Positions 59,964-64,000 of a DNA stretch of 64,000 nt are shown one piece after another. The position numbers and the translations under genes were made by a program. Below the pieces are notes generated by a model. That model was not told where the DNA came from and searched no databases. It saw nothing but the letters and a program-made list of their open reading frames with translations. Numbering within the stretch: position 1 is the stretch's first letter; each line of letters starts with the position of its first letter. The stretch covers positions 800,001-864,000 of the forward strand of contig CAVYYI010000003.1 in the NCBI GenBank assembly GCA_963772725.1, written 5' to 3'. This stretch comes from an uncultured Phycisphaerales bacterium (GTDB lineage: Bacteria; Planctomycetota; Phycisphaerae; Sedimentisphaerales; Anaerobacaceae).

Positions 59964-61618
59964 AAGACTTCTGCAAAATGAATGATTTTTAGCAGAGGTC
60001 GGAACGGATAAACAACGCAATGGCAGTGGAACTGATGGATTATTGCAGCATGAGTGTGAATTTTGGTTTTTTTAAGGCCAGAAGGCCTGTTTAGAGACAG
60101 AGTATCCCCGAGAGTTCTGTCTTAGCTCTTTGAAAAGTTAATCGTTCAACGTCAACTGAGACATCAGCCGGCCTTGCGTCGGTTTGGTATTTGTGCGAAT
60201 GTTTTATGGCAACGCATTTTCCCGGGCTGTTTAAGCAATATAGCAGCGGCAACGCCGATAAGACTTGCCGTCAGATGAGCGATTGTCATCTGATTACGCA
60301 CGGTTTTCAATGAATAGTGCGTAGTCTGTTCAGCTTCACGGTCTCCTAACCGAGCAAAGTATTGCTCGACTGATTCTCTTTGCTTGAAAGTTTCCTTAAA
60401 TTCCCTTGAATCCCTTGGGACACGCGAACGTGCATCTTCAGTGATATCAATGTACTTGGTACAGCCGTAGCATTTGCCGGTATTGAAGGATGGAAGGTTT
60501 ACCGGACAGGTGTTACTAAGTTTTTCAGCAGTCTTTTTGCTGACCTTTAAGGGGCAGCGAAACTTGATGCGTTCACGATTGCCCTCGGTCCATCTTCCGG
60601 TCGACCTCATTTCAAGACCAGCATCACAGATGGGACAGCCGTGAGGGCCAAAAGTCTTGTCATCTTTCTGATTTCTTGGGTTGATTGGGATATATGGGTT
60701 TCCCTTCATCTTTCCAACTATAAAGGTGTACAGGTCTCTGACATCGTAGGCCTTATCCGCAAGAAACAGAAAGCCTTTTCTGACCCTGTATCTGCGTTTG
60801 AGTTCTTTAAGCAGCTTGAAGGCAACCTGCTGGTCTGTGGTGTTGTTTGGCAGAGTTATTTCAACAAGCGATATTCCTTGTTTTGAGATTATGACATGTG
60901 TCCTGTATCCCCAGAAGAACAGCATGTTTTCCTTTTTGCCGTTGAGGACCTGACAAGAATAATAGCTCAATGTTGCAGCAGGATTTCGAGTGGGCGTCTT
61001 GGTTTTATCGGTGGTGTTTCGGGCGGGATTTTTGAGATTATTTTCTTTTGTGGCAGCCATAACAGGTTTGGAGTCAATGATCAAGGTATCAAGGCTGACT
61101 AATCCCTGTTCGATAAGCCGCTGATTTAGACGGTAATGAATTTCTTTGAGAACAGAGTTATCGGTATCTGCCAAGAAACGATAGAATTGGGATTCGTCCG
61201 GCATATTCCCGAGCGTAAAGCCGCACAGTTCCAGCAGAGGCGGATTGGCTTGAAGATATTCGATAAGCTCAGGGACAGATTTTATTTGCTGAAGATGTTT
61301 GACGATGAGTGCCTCTCAGGATGGCATGTCGTGAGTGACCTGTTCTGCCGACACCGAAGTTTCTGTCGGGCAGAATGGAAATATCGAGAGCCTGAAAGAG
61401 ATAGAAGTACTTTCGCAGCAGCGATGAATTTCTGACAAGCTCCTGGAGGTCATAAAATAGTGACGTTTGAACGTGGTACATAAAAAAATCTCCTTTATTT
61501 TGGTTGTAAGTCCTTTTACTGACAACGCTTACATAATATCCAAAATGGAGGAGATTGCAAGAAAAATAATGACATAAGTCGTTATTTAACAAATATTTAT
61601 GAATTTTACAAAAGGCTT
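59964..61618 (-). mobile_element. IS with DDE transposase (IS5/IS1182-like superfamily)
   Basis: 16-bp IRs aagacttctgcaaaat / attttacaaaaggctt. Confidence 0.85.
60164..61481 (-). CDS. DDE transposase, frameshifted
   Basis: IIDSKP, FWGYRTH, LADKAYD, RESVEQYF. Confidence 0.85.
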
Positions 61619-61646
61619 TCTTGCTTATAATAAGGAGAAATTTAAA

Positions 61647-62822
61647 ATGGCAGATGTAAAAGCAATTGAACAGGTATGTTTTGACCAGAGTCTTCAGGGC
61701 TTGGATCCAGCCTCGGTCCACCAGGTAAAATTGGCCAGTGGGCGTATAATGCCTGTTGCCGCGTTCGGCACGTTTCACTCTGATTGGGCACAAGATTACA
61801 TGAAAGACGCCACGGTGGAGGCCATTCGACTGGGCTGGCGGCATATTGATACGGCTCGCGCATACGAGAACGAGGACGTGGTTGGTCAGGCTATTCGCAA
61901 AGCCATTAAGGAAGGTTATATCTCGTCCGCTGATGAGTTATTCATAACTGGTAAACTCTGGAACGGGGACATGAATCCAAAGGATGTAGCTACTGCACTG
62001 GATAATACACTCAATGCCTTAGGGGTGGACAAAATCGATATGTACCTCAATCATTGGCCATGGCCGAACGTGCACACGCCGGGATGTACAGGTGACCACC
62101 GCAATCCCAATGCGGTGCCTTATATTCACGAAGCATTTTTGGAAACCTGGGGCCAAATTGTTAAATTGAAGAAGGCTGGCAAGATCGTGGATATCGGTAC
62201 TTCAAATCACACCGAAGCATGCCTCAAACTCCTGCTTCGTGACGTGACCGAAGATGAACGGCCTCTCTGTAATCAGATGGAAATGCACCCATTGATGCAG
62301 CAGACACAGCTGCGTCGCTATATAGAGTCACAAGGTATTGTCTGTATGGGCTACATGGCACTTGGTTCACCGAAACGCCCCGGGCGTGATACTTTTAAGG
62401 AGCACAGGGCCGATCTGATGGACCCTGTCATCCAGTCGATTGCTGGGGAACTGGGAGTCTCGCCCGCACGGGTTGCTCTGAATTGGGCAGTGCAGCGAGA
62501 GAACAAGAGCGGCGGTTTCGTGGCTATGGCTACGCGATCTGACTGGATTTTGGAAAACCTCAAAGCTGCTACCGAGGATATCTTGACGCCGGAACATTTG
62601 CTCAGGATTTCGGGAGACGGTACTTCGGAGAACCCTGGTATCGACGCCAACAATCGCCTGATATGGGGACAGGTCTTCTTATGGCCCGAAGCCGATGGCG
62701 ACTGGCGCATACTGTGGAATGACAGCCAGGTGTTCGAAACACGTAACGGCTACCGCAAGTTCAAGGCGTCTTGGGAAACGCATCATAAGGTTCAACTTGA
62801 AACAACGTTCAGAGGTTATTAA
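61647..62822 (+). CDS. Aldo/keto reductase
   Basis: GWRHIDTARAY, FITGKLW, DMYLNHWP, IGTSN, NQMEMHP; RBS supports start at 61647. Confidence 0.92.
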   Translation: MADVKAIEQVCFDQSLQGLDPASVHQVKLASGRIMPVAAFGTFHSDWAQDYMKDATVEAIRLGWRHIDTARAYENEDVVGQAIRKAIKEGYISSADELFITGKLWNGDMNPKDVATALDNTLNALGVDKIDMYLNHWPWPNVHTPGCTGDHRNPNAVPYIHEAFLETWGQIVKLKKAGKIVDIGTSNHTEACLKLLLRDVTEDERPLCNQMEMHPLMQQTQLRRYIESQGIVCMGYMALGSPKRPGRDTFKEHRADLMDPVIQSIAGELGVSPARVALNWAVQRENKSGGFVAMATRSDWILENLKAATEDILTPEHLLRISGDGTSENPGIDANNRLIWGQVFLWPEADGDWRILWNDSQVFETRNGYRKFKASWETHHKVQLETTFRGY

Positions 62823-63088
62823 TCCATAATATTTACCGTTCATGGGAAGTGAAAATGGAAGAACACATCGCGATTATAGAGGTATCGCCATTTGTCATAA
62901 TAAAAGCTTTAAAAACGCGCGGCGTAGGCGCGTATCCTAAGGTTGGGATTTTTCAATCAAGAGCAGTATACATCAAAGTCAAACAGGTATTTGATGTTGG
63001 ACGTGCTGTCTGAGTTATTCAAAATACCTGTGAACGGTTACATATAATTGACGTAGGTTAAAGCAAGTTAAAATTGAAAGGAGCGATT

Positions 63089-63499
63089 ATGAGTCTGACA
63101 AAGAAGTTGTTTATCTTGGGGGTTTTAGCGGTAGTTGCTTTATGCTCGACCGGATGTGAGCAAAAGCAGGTCAAACGTGTTGGGATGGTCATTGGTGTCA
63201 AACCGGAGAAGATTGCCGAATATAAAGCGTTGCACGCAGATTCCAATCCGGGTGTCCGTGACTTGCTGTCCAAATATCACATGAAAAACTTCAATATTTT
63301 TATGTGCAGGTTTGATGATGGAAAATACTACGAATTTGGTTACTACGAATACGACGGCGATAACTATGAAGCCGACATGGCTGCGCTGGCCGCTGAACCG
63401 CGCAATACAGAGTGGCTTAAGATATGTGATCCAATGCAGATCCCATTTCGAGGTCAAACCTCATGGAGCCAGATGGAGCGAGTGTACTATAACAAGTAG
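63089..63499 (+). CDS. L-rhamnose mutarotase family protein with lipoprotein signal
   Basis: VKPEKIAEYKALH...FGYYEY...WSQMERVY; N-terminal STG-C lipobox-like site. Confidence 0.85.
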   Translation: MSLTKKLFILGVLAVVALCSTGCEQKQVKRVGMVIGVKPEKIAEYKALHADSNPGVRDLLSKYHMKNFNIFMCRFDDGKYYEFGYYEYDGDNYEADMAALAAEPRNTEWLKICDPMQIPFRGQTSWSQMERVYYNK

Positions 63500-63699
63500 T
63501 CGAAAACGGCCTGGTAAAATCTTTTAAAGTGGCGATTCGAATAATGTTTTGTATGACAACCGCAAAGGCAAAAACATGATACCATATCAAAAGGTGTTTG
63601 GGAAACAGAGAATTGAGCCGTCTGTCCCAGATAGCCATCTAATCCAACCATTGGATTAGAAAATCATTGTGCGATAGGTTCAATAATGGAGAAATTAAG

Positions 63700-64000
63700 A
63701 TGAAAGACAAAACAAAGAACAATGTAACGGCATCGCTGCGTAATATGAACTCACTGCATATCAAAACCTGTGTCCTATCAGTAACTGCCGCATTTTGCAT
63801 GTTCCTTCCCGCTTCATTCGCGGCGGACGAGGCATCCGGCGAGAAGATGCTGGAAGGCCAGTTCAAGCCAAGCTGGGAATCACTGAAACAGTACAAGTGC
63901 CCCGACTGGTTCCGCGATGCGAAGTTCGGCATATGGGCTCACTGGAGTGCGCAGTGTCAGCCCGAACAGGGGGACTGGTATGCCAGGAACATGTACGTCC
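63700..64000 (+). CDS. Second GH29 alpha-L-fucosidase, cut by window end
   Basis: FKPSWESLKQYKCPDWFRDAKFGIWAHW...DWYARNMY. Confidence 0.9.
   Translation, partial: MKDKTKNNVTASLRNMNSLHIKTCVLSVTAAFCMFLPASFAADEASGEKMLEGQFKPSWESLKQYKCPDWFRDAKFGIWAHWSAQCQPEQGDWYARNMYV

Overview
Bacterial chromosomal window, probably a Planctomycetota (Phycisphaerae-like) genome, judged from a prepilin FTLIELLVVIAIIA fragment, a Planctomycete-type dockerin-like repeat and a XylR/GH29 sugar locus. Many genes, including uvrA, selB and panB, carry single-base frameshifts that are most likely uncorrected long-read errors. 1-19.2 kb is mostly core genome: uvrA, mtnA, nifU-like, selB-selA, a ddl-like ligase, an IS3 element, panB, DUF362, an M50-CBS protease and tRNA-Val(GAC). 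Downstream of tRNA-Val lies a compound island with two partial tRNA-Val copies (att-like). It carries a giant cyclic beta-1,2-glucan synthase, a probable ceramide/sphingolipid cluster built on a fused FAAL-ACP-alpha-oxoamine synthase, a sigma54/FlgM-like/PAS-kinase module, IS21, a 32-aa lipoprotein upstream of an ABC exporter, a radical SAM/SPASM enzyme and a GT-B-like protein, and remnants of an integrative element. 50.5-64 kb is a fucose/rhamnose-type catabolic locus riddled with IS remnants and MITEs. All calls come from reading motifs by eye; no database searches were run.
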